Shown here piece by piece: positions 11,661 through 24,819 of a stretch of DNA of 64,000 bases. Both the position numbers and the translations under genes were made by a program. This DNA is from Lama glama (lineage: Eukaryota). The DNA is taken from contig CM052816.1 in NCBI GenBank assembly GCA_028534125.1, positions 71,426,001 to 71,490,000 on the forward strand. The letters run 5' to 3'. The notes beneath the pieces were generated by a model, which saw only the letters and a program-made list of their open reading frames with translations, had not been told where the DNA came from and did not search any database. Every line of letters starts with the position of its first letter. Within the stretch, counting starts at the first letter, position 1.

Positions 11661-14600
11661 GGCTCGGTATTTACACTGACTTTTAGCGTGAAGGACTATG
11701 CTTGTGGTGGAAAAAGTATGCATTTGAATCAACAAAATAATTCTCTACATGGCATACATTTTCACAATCTTGTGCACGTTAACCTTTAAATTAGGACTGA
11801 AATACTTGGCTCTGTACACGTGGATAAAAAAATTTAATATGACTTGATGTTATGAAAGGAAAAAAGGAAGAAAAAAGTTTCAATGTTTTTAGAAAGCTTA
11901 TTTCCAAAGTGAATTTATTTTTATTATTCATCGTTTTATATTTATGATTTATTAGACATTTTCTATTTAAATAAATTTGGGGTTACATTTCTTTTTACCA
12001 AACATTTTTCACAAAATTAGCTTTTGAATATTTTCAATTAAACCAACATGGACAATACTATTGGGTAGGTAAACCATGGGTAATTTCAATTTGGAAGAGA
12101 TGGTTGACATTGGCCAAAATATATCTGATTATTCATAGAATGGTTCAAAAATTCTTACATTTTTGTATAACTGTGTTGCTCATTCCCAGTGACAACTGTG
12201 CACTTAATGGCCAATGGCTTGAATATAATATTTGTAGAAATTGACCTCAGCTTTAGCAAAATAGCAAGAGATGAACTCTCTCTTCTTTCTTTAACTTACT
12301 TAATCTTAAGGGTTTTTTTTTATGCCATTAAAACATTCTTAAGAATCTGTAGAAACACAAACTGTCAGCACAACCTTTGCAAGAAAGCTTTGTCCTCCCC
12401 AAAACAGTGGTCTGTGTCTGTACTCTTGTTCTGAGCATTCTTGCCATTTATGTTTCCCTAGAGCATTTTATCAATGTTTATTTGAGTCCTGAAATGAATT
12501 GATAATGATTTCAATAGGACAAACTCACATTCCGCTAGCAGAGTGCAGTTAAAATTAAACAGCACACAAATCCGACTGCTTTCATTCCTGGTATTTTCCT
12601 TTTAATATCTCTACCCATTTGTTTCACTCAGGTTGGCAAAGTGCATGTAAATAGTTTACTAACAACTGAATTATTTCATGCGTCTCCATTCTAAGCAGTA
12701 ATACATCATTCAGCACATTGCGTACGTGGAGAATAGTACATTATCCAGTCAATGGTGTTACAATTCGAGATGTTTGGCATGATCAATATCCCAGTATACA
12801 CCAGGTTTAAAAGAACTTACTTGATTGCATAGAATTTTGTTAGTGTAAATCTGGCCATGATACAATGCAGTTAAACTAAATGCCAGGAACATACAAATGT
12901 TGCATCTATCAGATTTTTAGAAACAAATAGGCAAAAGAAATTTTTTTTTCATCTTTCATGAAGAACATTCCTATGGGGTGCTTGTGTAATCAGACCGCTT
13001 ACAGTTAGCAAATGGCAGCAGTAAACGGAATGTAATATTTTACAGTATATTACAAACAATAAGCCAATTCAAAACTGTGTAAATGGAAACATACAACTCT
13101 TATACATAAAACATGTTTTTAACTTGTTAGAAAACATTGCTAGATATCCCCCCCAGTCCCAAAGTGAAGGCACTTGGAAAGGGGGAAAGCTATGTTCGGT
13201 CATGTGATCTAAGTGCTCCTTAATTCAACAACGTGAAATAGGGAACAAACAGAGTCAAGGGCATTTACTCATCAACAATCAAGCAATTAAGGTGAGTATA
13301 AGAAAGCAAGTGAATGAACTTGTGATATCTATTTTATCAGTAATCTTAGGCGTCCATACAAAATATATTATGATCATACATTCTGTTAAATAACATCAAG
13401 TTACTTTCCAGTGGGAAATCAATTTCACTTCATTTTACCTATAGGCTTATTTTACACAAAATGATTTCTGACAAAAGTTGTCAGCAATTAAGGAATATTA
13501 TTTCTCCTTTCAGATACATTTAAAACATATGTAGGTGAATAGAATTCTTGAGGTTTAAACAATTGATGAGCAAAAAGTGAATTTTTTCATTGAGAAATAA
13601 AATGAACAGAAAGTAATGATTTTAACTAGGTATATTTAAATTTTTGGAAAAATTTAAAATTATTTTTAATCTATCACCCTTAACATACAGAAAGAATCAA
13701 CACATACCAGTGATGATTTACGCTCTTGTAAATCCAATGCCCTATATTATAATAGTCACCATTGAGATTAGATGTGTGACATCTTGCCATTGGTAATGAC
13801 AACCTGCTATATAATATGGGGGAGAATTCTCTGCGATTTCTGAAAGGCATGTTAGAAAAAATAAAATCCCTAACATTTATTGTGAGATTTTTATGGTGAG
13901 TCTGTATTTATAAAGAAACAAAATAAATGCTGTGTAATATTTATGGTGGGAACGAATGGCTTTCCTCTAGCATTCAGCTGCCCCAGTTGAATATGAAATA
14001 AGTCATCTGTATCTATGTTTGTGTAACTTTACTATCTATAGCAAAGTATATTATCTGGCGTCACATTATGAAAGTTTCAGTGGAACAGGCTTTTTCTTCC
14101 CAATATGTATAGAAGAATTACTTTAATCTTTTTCTTCTATGAGGAAAGATAAATGTTATCTGCTGTATATACCTGATGAAACACTTATCTATTCCGATAA
14201 TTAATGAATCCATTTTAAGCACATGTTATACTATCCATCTTTTGTGGTTCAAAAATGGATGACAGTGTGATTATGTCTTTGTGAGATAAGTAAATGTGTG
14301 TATTCTTAGATCATCTGGCTTTTAAAATACCAGCAAAGTAAAACTGTGGCAAATTAGTTACTTTTCTAAATCTGGACTTCAAATATGGTACTTCTGTCTA
14401 TATTATTGAATGGAGGTATATTATAACATAGTTGATCACTTTAGAAAGATTGAATTGCATTGAAGTTGAATATTCTAGTGATTTATCATTTTATGTTTAC
14501 ATATTTTGTAAAATGTGTAACATAAAACATTTCTCTGGGCAGGATTGATATAGATATGAGCAAAAGATAGAGTTAACTATTTACTCATCATCTTGGGATA

Positions 14601-17464
14601 AAGTGTCAAGAATGGAAGACACATGGACCTCCTAGGAGTGCCACTCACGTCCATGGTCCTAATGAGCAGCGAATTAGAACAATCCACATCTCTAACAATG
14701 CAGCCTTCCACTCTAAGTACAGCTAAATCTGTACCGTTTGCCAGCACAGTCCTGGCTTCAGTTCTGAAGAGGTCTGAGGAACACTAACGTGTGTTTAAGA
14801 GTTAAAAATGTTTTTTCTTAAACTTAAAAAAATTTAAGATACCATTTTATATTCCTATATTTTACCTCACTTAGAAGTGTCTAAGAAATCTGCTTTTGTA
14901 TATTTAAGATAATAAGGCCGCCCAGCACATTTTTTCCATCATACTCTCTCCCCATCCCATACGTTTAATCATTGTCCTATCTAAAATCTTGAAAGCCCTT
15001 CCCTAAGTCCAGAGAGACATTTTTCCCCTCTATTATCTCTGAAGTCGAAAAAATACTAACTTCTGGAAAGCATTATAATGATGTTTCAAAATATAGTAAA
15101 AGTGTATAGTATAAGAGGTAAAAGTTTGTCAAACTAAAAATTGTCCCAAGAACTGGACCTCAAGGTTTGAATAAGTTGGAATTAAATATATTTTTGAAAA
15201 ATACTTTTTCCCTTTTTGTCATATTTCTTAGCAGGTAATCTGGAGATTTCTTGTTACTGAGCCACACCCAGGATGTAGTACACATGTCCATATCAACTGA
15301 TGGAATAGCTTTCACATGAAGCAGTTGAAGGAAAAGACAAAAAGCAAAATATGCCCAGGTTGCCAATTTGCCTTTAATGTATAATGGAAGTTGGAGTGTC
15401 TCTTCATTAAAATGTATTTTACATGGGGTGGGGGGTGGGGGGAGAAAAGGACAACGTACTCCAAGACTTAACTACATGTCTCTTTCAAGTTGTTTATGTT
15501 GAACTCACTCACTTTCCAAAAAACTTTAATATGACCGAGTCCTTCCCTCTGAATCAATCAATTAATTATTTCAGCAGCATGTAAGTAGTAGAGTGAGAAA
15601 TGATTAGAGGAAAAGCAGTTTAAACTTTGAGCGTTCTCTACTTGAGCGGTTTTGTTATCATCCTCTGTTGTAATGGCATGCTACCTTGGGGTTTGCTTTT
15701 AAAGACATAGAGAGATAGAAGGAGGGGAACTGGTTTACAGTGATGATAACAGGCTATCTCTATGGGTTATATTTAAAGCTGTGATGGCACTAAATTATTC
15801 CCTTAAAAATACGTTGTTCTTTGTGTTGTGTGTTACAGACTTTAAGTTTGACAAACAGTGTGTAATTATCAACAACTTACATAATTGTGAATTGCCTTTT
15901 TTTAATGCAAAGTAATCTCAATTAAAAATAGTTTTGCCATAGTTTTGAATTATTCACTGAATCATACTAGAGGATGCCCAATATTTTTAAACGTTGGTCA
16001 AGAAAAGCTTAGGTTATGCAACATTTCCCAAAGTCATTTGACTTAGAGGCTTTATTGAAAGATTGTCTACTTGGACAATATTTCAATGAAACACATGTTG
16101 GAAAACGTTATCCTATTACAGCAGTAGATGACAAGGTCTATATCTTGCAAGAGACACATTGTACATACATAGAGCAACTTGGGGGGAAAAAAACAAAGCA
16201 TTAGATCACAGTGCAGATGGTTGTAAACTTCAAAGAAAATACAACACAGAAGAGTTTTCCCAAGGACTTGACTTCGCTATGGGAAACATTCCGGAAGTTA
16301 GTTTGGAAAAAAATAACCAGTGCGGTTTAAATTCTATATTTCAAGTATATCAAGAATTCAGAGAAGTACTCTTTCTCTCCCGTCTTCCATTTCTCTTCAT
16401 CATGCACTTGGCACCATATGTTTTAAAATAGTCTCTCAGCCTCCAGTTATTTCCTCATCAAAAGCTATCCTACCTCTCACCCTATTAAATTTTGAAGATA
16501 CCAAGTGTTTTAAGACAATATGTAGTCAAGGACTTTAAAAAGTCATGAAGATCATAAGATTTCTTTAAAAAACCCAGAAATCAGTATGTCCTAGAATGCT
16601 TTGCAAAGGTCCTCAGGAAAAGCGGGGCTTGAGTGACGCTATTACACAAACGTTGAAGTTCGGGAGTGTCCTGGTCAGGAATATGCATGAGGAAATCGTC
16701 TCTAAAGACTGTGAGCGTATGAACAGCAATGGTGTGACAAGGTGACCGCTGCGTGGTTTTCGGTGTTAATTTTTCATATTTGTTCACTGAAGTGTTGAGG
16801 AAAATCTGAGCTAAATATGGATGCGGAGAATGTCTCTACACTGCCTATTCCATGTCCTTTTCTGCATTTAACACTGAGTGTCCTTTGTGCTCTTTATCAA
16901 AGGAGACTGTAGTCGGTTCCTATTACTCGGCTCCTTAGCTTGTGTGAGGAGCACAATGCCCAATGGAAAGGATTCTTCTCTCTAAGTCTGCCAATACCTG
17001 TGCCTGGACTTGAAATATGATTCTATAGCCTTGCCCATTTCTGACTCCAAAATTATGCAAAAGAGGTATGACAACCTATGCCTGACCCAGTTTATTAGGG
17101 AAGACTTACAGAGTTGCCTTGGCTCCTCGGAGCAGAACACTATCTGGACTAAATGCTACCTTAAAGAATTTTTCCCATTAGTCTGTTTACTTACTGGGTC
17201 ATACTTTCAAGCTACTCACCCTCGACTCCACCTAGCTGTTAACACCTTGAGATTTTGTGGATGAACTAGCCAGTGTTTATCCATATATTGTTGTGTAATT
17301 GCAGCATTGCTTTGTTAATTACTGGCAAACTGTGTTTAAACGAACCACATAAATTATAGTGATAAATAGTTTCCTGAGATTTAATCAATCAATTAAGACC
17401 TGCGTAATCTTGGTCTTAAATCCCTAAATTTCTTCATCCATCTTTTGCTATGCCTTTCATTTAC

Positions 17465-17510
17465 TGCACGCGTGTGCGCGCACACACACACGCACACGCA
17501 CACACACACA
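17465..17510. repeat. Mixed (CG)/(TG)/(CA) alternating purine-pyrimidine tract
   Basis: tgcacgcgtgtgcgcgcacacacacacgcacacgcacacacacaca. Confidence 0.9.
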
Positions 17511-18119
17511 ATTACTTGCTGTCTAGCCTTCAGCCTTCAGAAATCCTCTGATTTCCAGAATTAGCCTGACATAACACAATCTAAGAAAAGCCTTAATGGG
17601 TGAAGTGGTTCTAATGTATCTAATAATTACAAGTATTGTTCCAAAATGGTGGAAAAATAGAAGCTGTATTTCGTGAACTCTGATCCTAATTATGTGAGTA
17701 ATGTGGGACGTTGCATCAGATGGTGAAATCCACAACTCATGTAAAAATCTGCACAATAGACAGAAGTTTCAAGAAGGGAAGAAACTGATCATTTGGTATA
17801 GTAAGCGACGGAGATGAGAAACAGTGGTGGCAGCCCTGACCACAAGGCAAATGATTTACAATAGGGCTACTGGCAGCAAGAGCGGCAACTGTTTCCTATT
17901 CCAACCAGTGCCAGGCAGCAAATTGCAGACACTCTGACAATGAAAAGTGTTAAAAAGATAAAAGATAGAGCAGCTTGGCACTTAAGTAGATAACTGGATG
18001 CTAGGGGAAAAGCAGCCAATTGCAACCTGATACATATCCCCTAAAGGGTTTCAATGTGTCATTTGTAGGCATGCCAATCACTGGAACTCAGAAGTCTTGA
18101 AGATACCTGGCAGCACAGT

Positions 18120-18340
18120 CAACGACAGCATAGTGCTTAACAATGCAAACCTGGGTTTGGAAATAGTCTCAGTTTACTTTACTAGCTTTGTGACTTTGGG
18201 CCAGACTCCCAAGCTTCTGTTTCCACATCAGTAAGTTAGGAATAGTGTGGTACCTGCCTCCCATGTTTATTCTAAATATTCAATGAAACTGCCTATGTAC
18301 AGTACAAAGTGGAAAGCCTGTACTAAGCACTTGGAAAACA
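18120..18340 (+). mobile_element. MIR SINE
   Basis: agcatagtgcttaac...tttactagctttgtgactttgggcca...tctgtttccacatcagtaag...gtacctgcctc. Confidence 0.75.
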
Positions 18341-19719
18341 GCTTTGTTGTATTATTTAGCGCTGGGTTCCTGCCATTTACTAGAGCTATTGATTTTAATT
18401 ATGAGAAATACTTTGGGAAATGCAACAATAAATTACTACAATAAGCTACAATCAAACTACCATTTAATAAATGTGTTACTTAGAAGTAATATTGGACATG
18501 TACAACATAAATTATTATTTAAGCCCAAACTGCAGAATTTCATTTATCCATTCAGTATCTGGGAGAAGGTATCCAATGTGTGTGATTTAGCAGATAACTG
18601 AAGGTTATCTTTTAAGATTTGTAATATATTTTGGCCATTTGGTATGGAAAATCTTTCTAAGAATGAACTCTTTCACGTTTTCTCCCAAGAAAGTTAACAT
18701 AAGTTAACATAATGAATTGGATGTCTGTTTTAGGCAGATACAATGGTGTTTTTAAATGGCTATAGTTTACTTCCATTTGAAAGATTTTTTTGCCTGATTT
18801 CAGGATGTTTTTTTCGTTATCTCTAATCCTTATTTCTCTCCTGTCATCAAGTACTGTTTAGTCTATGTCTCCAAAAGACAACTCAATAAAACTCCGAACC
18901 ACACCTACAACGGTCCCCTGACACAAATGTATTCATTCAAAGTAAGTGTCACCATCAGCTACGATTAGAAAATTATCACTATGAAACTTGTTTAGATTTT
19001 TGGGGAAACACACACATAAATGAGATTTGATGAAGAGACGTGAAGGCTTGGGAAGATACACAAGTTTTGGTGTAGAGGGTTAGGGTCTTTCTTTGACACC
19101 TCAGGAGACATTTTTTCTCATCTGTAGCTGCTTGCTGTTCCAGGTAGGCAAGTAGGCCAGGTGAATGACCCCCACACAAGTGAATTATAACGATCTACTT
19201 GCTTAAGTTTAATTTTAAAATGTTTGCTTGTCTGAAAAATATAACATTATTTGTTCACTAAAGCAAACAGGTTTTCCTGTTATATTTGTAGAAAAGGCTA
19301 AATCATTTTGCAAACCTTTTTATGCAATAGCTTATAGATATGTTTTTTCAAGTGTTTTCTGAGGGAAAGCAATTGGCAAAAATTCATGGCATGTGGAGAT
19401 CACCCAGACGGTCTGGAAATTTATGATTCTTCACAATGGGTCAGTTGACTGTGTCAACATGGACTAGAACAAAAGATAAATCTTTAAAAATTCTGTCTAT
19501 ACAGAGCACACATAGACTATATAGTATTCTGCTGAGCTTTTAGAGTTTATATGTGCTGCCTACAAAATCCCATGACCTGGGATTTGGCAGTCATCATGAA
19601 TAAGTTTGTATCATATCCACAGTTAGTCATAAAAACTGAACCTGGGTGGATGAAACAGGTCAGTGTCTTTAACTCTCTCAGGCACATTCCAGACATCATG
19701 AGTAATGTAGTGCAAATTC

Positions 19720-20395
19720 ATTGTTTCTAAAACACCCATCTGATTGTGTTATTCCCTTTCTTAAAATCTTATAAAGATGAAACATGGTAGAAAAGTTCCT
19801 TCATTATTGGGCCACAGATTACCATCTAGAACCATCTCTCTCAGCACTACACCCTGGCCCCTCACCACCCAGCACCCACCGTATACATGTCAAACCAGTA
19901 TCCTACTATCCAGACTATCCAGCCGTATCCACATGCTTAGAGTCCCCTGAACACACCGAGAGCATTATATCTCAATGCTTTTGAACATGGAGGGTATTAT
20001 TCCTAGAATGTCATTCCTTCTTCAACCTCCTTCCTTCCCAAACTTATTAGGCTCTATTTCTGTGCCCCAGCCACTTCTGGGTAAAACTTATGTTTGGCTA
20101 TTTTTTATGTGTCTTTTGAGTTTTCTGGAATGTTGTTTTCTCTAAGAAGGCTTTCTAACCCATGCCCAGTTGCTGATTGGATTTGGTGATTCTCCTCTGT
20201 TGTCCCATAATATTTTATGTTTAACTTCATTGCTAACACTTAGAACAATACAACACACTCTGCTGCTCTTTATTGGCCCTTTTCCTATTTAACTGTGAGG
20301 AATCTGCAGTCAAGGGTCACATGTTATGTCCCTGATACAATGTATGCAATACAGTAGCTGCTCAGTAAATGTCTATTGATTGAGGGAGTGAATCA
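19720..20395 (+). mobile_element. L2 LINE 3' fragments
   Basis: atctgattgtgttattccctttcttaaaatctt through the terminus acagtagctgctcagtaaatgtctattgattgagggagtgaat. Confidence 0.65.
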
Positions 20396-21489
20396 AGAAG
20401 AGATTCTTTTTAAATGCAGTTATAGATGTCTTTTCTTTCTTCTTTCTTATTCCTAACTCAATCACATTTTATGAAATGAATTAACATGTAAATTACTGTT
20501 TAGATTGTATATTTTATTCAGAAAGGCTAACAAGTATTGTCTAAATCATTGCATTCTCTCTCCTGTTAACATGTTATCATTTTGATAAATGTAAAGAAGT
20601 TTCAAAGGTAGTCTTTTCTTGCTTTTAGAGTGGGTTAGATGCTTACAGTTCTGGGGAAACAAAATTAAATCTACAGGCATAGTTATAGCCAAAATGAGAG
20701 GTGAAAAATGCAAAATAAAATTATATACCCCCACAGCCAAAGCTAGAGTAAAATAAAGTAATAATTAATGTAAGTAGTTGAAAGTGTGCATCGTTCTATT
20801 CTTGTATGAAAAAAGTGGCCTTTCAATGAGAAACAGTAAAACTAATCTTTTGAAGGCAGTAAAACAAAAGAAATGCAGACGGATTTACATACCAATGATA
20901 CTGAGTGTATCATTGAACTATTTAGTTATGGGAAGTACAGAGAGTGGGTATATATATTTCCTGAGACTTAAGAAAAAGTTTTAATTAAAAAAAATTGGTA
21001 TATTTCTTATTACCTCATAATCAATCCTGAGAGAAATTCTGAACTGGAATTTAAAATGATCTTTTCTGAGCATAGAGAAGGAACAGTAACTGCTGGGCAT
21101 CAGCAGAAGGAAAGGGAATGGATAGAGGTAAATTTCATTTTGTGTAGTTTCTGTCCAGGTAGGGAAGGAGGCTTCTGCTGATGTAGTGTGTCAGAATTCT
21201 CACAACATTGGACAACACCTCAGATGACGCCTTCAGTAATTAAAAGCCACATGTGCAGTCTGGATGAAAGAATATTTAACAAGTTGAGAGCAAGACCATA
21301 TCAAAAGAGTGCTTATATATGATTCTCTTTACTGTGAAGGATAACATTTGCAAGACTCTACCTTCAATCCTGTTCTACTCAACATCTTAAAAATGAATTG
21401 GATAGGAATGTGCATTAATTTTGCTTTTTGAACTAGCTTTTAACATTAAGTTAGAAGGGATAACAAAAATATCTGTGCAGTTTTGAAAG

Positions 21490-22120
21490 TGAAAAAATTA
21501 GAGAGTTTAGTAATGTGAGCCTAATCTGAACCAACAATGGAAGGGACTTCCAAAATACCTAAAGAAACTTTGGTTTGCAGTGATCACTCTGAATCAGCCA
21601 GTTGTCAAGTCCTAGTACCACACTCTTCAAGAGATACTGAAACAGTCGGTCATGTATAGGGGAAGCAAGCAGACTGGGAACACATTCAATTTTGAAAATA
21701 TAAAACAATGGTTTTCTGAGTCTAGAAGCAGAACAACTGTTGCCTTCTCATGCACATAGGACTGTCACTAGAAGGGAGACTGTAATTGTTCTGTGACGTC
21801 CCCACTTGATGGAACTGAACCAATGGATGATGGCCACAAAAAGTATATCCAATGAACATGCAGAACACACACACACACAAACACACATACAAGTACCTTT
21901 TAGCAATCAGAACCCTCCAAAGATAAAACGGGCTTTTGTGACAATTACAGAGCTCCTAGTTGGGCAGGTTTCAAGTAAAATTTGACAAGTAAAGAAAACT
22001 ATACTAGATAATCATGTTTCAGGGATATTGTAGAAGAAATTTAAATATTCAATGGAGTAGGAAACAGAAGAGTTAAATTAGCCGAGCTCTAAGAGCGCTC
22101 CGCCCTGGGAAGATCGTGTT
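21490..22120 (+). mobile_element. L3/CR1 LINE 3' remnant (with internal CA tract ~21865-21890)
   Basis: caatcagaaccctccaaagataaaacgggc...gagctcc...ggtttcaagtaaaatttgac resembles the L3 3' end. Confidence 0.55.
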
Positions 22121-22184
22121 TGTTCATAAGTGAATGTAAGGGGAATACAAGTCATAATGGTAGTCATAGTGGTGGTAATAGTCA

Positions 22185-22405
22185 TTGTTTCCTTTGAGTG
22201 TTTTTAATTTTTCAGGTGCTGTGCTTAGCATTTTATAATCCTCACAACTAGCCCATGAAGTCATTCATTATGTTTAATTCATAGAAGGGGAACTAGAAGT
22301 TTAGGGAAATTTTCTAACTTTCCCTAGACCACACTGAAAGAGTGAGTCAGGATTGAAACACAGATGTGCATGGCTACAGACCCCTCCCTCTCCCCCACTA
22401 CTCAG
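22185..22405 (-). mobile_element. MIR SINE
   Basis: caggtgctgtgcttagcattt...aatcctcacaacta...aactagaagtttaggga...gagtcaggattgaaacacag. Confidence 0.75.
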
Positions 22406-23647
22406 TGCAATAGAGCCAAATCAGTGGTTGAACCTGCACCAGCACAACCGTGCAAAGTCAAAAGCTATGCAGGAGGGAAAGTTCTCGGTTGGCTACGTCT
22501 AGAAATCTTAGCCCCTGATCAAGTTTACGCAGTGATATTGACTCTGCTGCGCTTTCTAGCAAGCAGGGCAAATCAATGTCCTGCATGTTGATGTGATCAA
22601 GTTATTCACTTGAGTCAGTTAAGCGCCTTAGAAGCGGACCATTAACTCGTTTTAAGACTCTTAAGAAAAAATAGTTAATGAATTATGACCAGAGTTTACT
22701 CACAGAGCCAATATGGGCTATAAAACTGAATTTTTCTCCCCACGAGCTTAACCTCTATTTCAAGTAATTGGTCCAATGGACGAGTCTGTGTAATTTCCCT
22801 CCCCAACCTCCACATTTTCACATATACCCAAAGAGGAAACCTATTATTAGAATAATCATTTAAGCTTTATCTGCAAGGTAATTAGCAAATATTATTTTAT
22901 GGATGTAAAAACAGAAAGATGGAGAAATGAATTAATATTCCCTACTTCACAAAGCAAATATCTAGCACATTTAGGAATAATATCCAGGTGTGCCTATGCA
23001 ATCAACAAGATTTTATGGCATGTTCTCTATGCTAAAAGTATGTGAATATCAAAGTATAGAATGCACTTCCTGCTCTCAATGAACTAAGAGAAACACACAT
23101 ACACATACACACACGCAAAGCAAGAAAATACATATTACCCCATGTATGTGACAAACGCATTTGGAGTTATTAGCCTAAAGTAAGAGAATAAGAAAAGCCT
23201 CTCTGGAGAGGATTTTGATCCATATTTGAAGAAGGAAAATATAATTGTGGGTGGGAGAAGGCTAATAAAATTTTCTAGACCAGGGAAATTAAATGAGCCA
23301 AGATTCTAAAAAGTTAAAGACAAGTTGGTATGGAGTGAGATGAAATTAGTTGCATGATGAAGAAGGGTGAAAATTCCTGATCTTTTTATTCTATTTCCAT
23401 TCTTATAAAACTCAGTTCTATTCATCATACATTCAATGCCGCTTCCACTAGATTATCCACAGTCTTGGTCTCTTAGTCACTCACAGTCCTGAAAAGCTTT
23501 TGGTGGTACTTTTATATATAGCTTAATGATGAATACTTATTCTAACAATGAAAATATAAAGAGGAAGACAATGTCATATATTAATATTTTTGTATCTTGA
23601 GTTGCCAAAATGAATTTAGGTAACTTTAAGGTCCAGAACATTGAAGG

Positions 23648-23773
23648 AAATCGTTCATATTCAGAAAATGTTTGCTACAGTAAGTGTAAGCTAGGCAAAA
23701 GCTATCACACAAATCGTTCATATTCAGAAAATGTTTGCTACAGTAAGTGTAAGCTAGGCAAAAGCTATCACAC
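23648..23773. repeat. Perfect 63-bp tandem duplication (2 copies)
   Basis: aaatcgttcatattcagaaaatgtttgctacagtaagtgtaagctaggcaaaagctatcacac at 23648-23710 and 23711-23773. Confidence 0.97.
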
Positions 23774-24404
23774 ACCTATCCCCTACCTTCGCTACCCTCC
23801 AAATCAAAATCTTTTCCAAAATTAAAAGGTTCATATTTCTGTATTCTGGAAAGATTTCACTCCTTAGCCTCCTGGAAGAGTGGAAAGTCCCCTTAACTCA
23901 TAAATTTTGGTAGCTCACTCCACCATGACAATAAACTGCCTGTGGGATCTTCCTTTCTATGTTCAGACTGGTTTCAAGTGGCCACTTTCCAGAAATTCTT
24001 TGCCAGGACAGGACTGCCTCACACTCAAGTCAGGACACAGAACCACCAGAGCCAAAGCTGCTCAAGAGAAATGGGTATTTGGTAACAGTCTCGGACAGGT
24101 GAGACTGAGCAGTGCCATTTAGGTTGGGAAAAGAAAATGACTAGAAAGAGAGGCAGTGAAGTGCTTTAACCCCAGATGATGTCCTGAGCCTTTCCACATC
24201 TGAGGAGGTAGAGGGGTCGGCTGTGGGGCACAGAAAAGAGGCCCTCCCATAGAGACAACCCGGGATAAGACAAGAAGCAGTGACGGCCCTGAAGGGACAA
24301 GGGAGTCACAGAATAAGGCCCTGGAAGCAGAAAGGAGTCAGTCCTCAGTTAAGGGCCTCAGGCTTGTCTTCTTTAATGCCTTTTTGGAACTTAATTAATC
24401 AATT

Positions 24405-24665
24405 GTTTTTTTAATTGAAGTATAGTTGATTTACAATGTTTCAGGTGTACAACTAAATGATTCAGTTATACAGGTATATGTATTTCAGATTCTTTTCCCT
24501 TATAGGTTATTACAAGATATTGAATATAGTTCCCTGTGCTATACAGTAGGACCTTGCCTATCTATTTTATATATAGCAGTGCATATCTGTTACTCTCAAA
24601 TTCCCAATTCATCCCTCCCCCTTCCCCCGTTGGTAACCCTCTGTTTGTTTTCTATGTCTATGAGG
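24405..24665 (-). mobile_element. 5'-truncated artiodactyl-type L1 3' end
   Basis: T-run then aattgaagtatagttgatttacaatgtt...tataggttattacaagatattgaatatagttccctgtgctatacagtagg; possible decayed TSD ggcttgtctt (24361) / ggtttgcctt (24668). Confidence 0.9.
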
Positions 24666-24819
24666 TGGGTTTGCCTTTCTAACACGGATGAGCGGCCGCT
24701 TGCTTTTCTCGAAGCACACCTTGCCAGTCCTGCCTCTGCTGTGCTTTTCCTTTCAGTCTCATTGAAGCCCCGTCTGTTCCTAGTTTGCGGCACACCTGTT
24801 TGTCTTGTGGGCGTTTGCC

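Noticed and set aside
15425..15442. G-run ggggtggggggtgggggg as a G-quadruplex
   Set aside because: Only three separated G tracts; does not meet the canonical four-tract pattern
23648..23773. CRISPR-like or minisatellite array
   Set aside because: Only two abutting copies, no spacers, mammalian context
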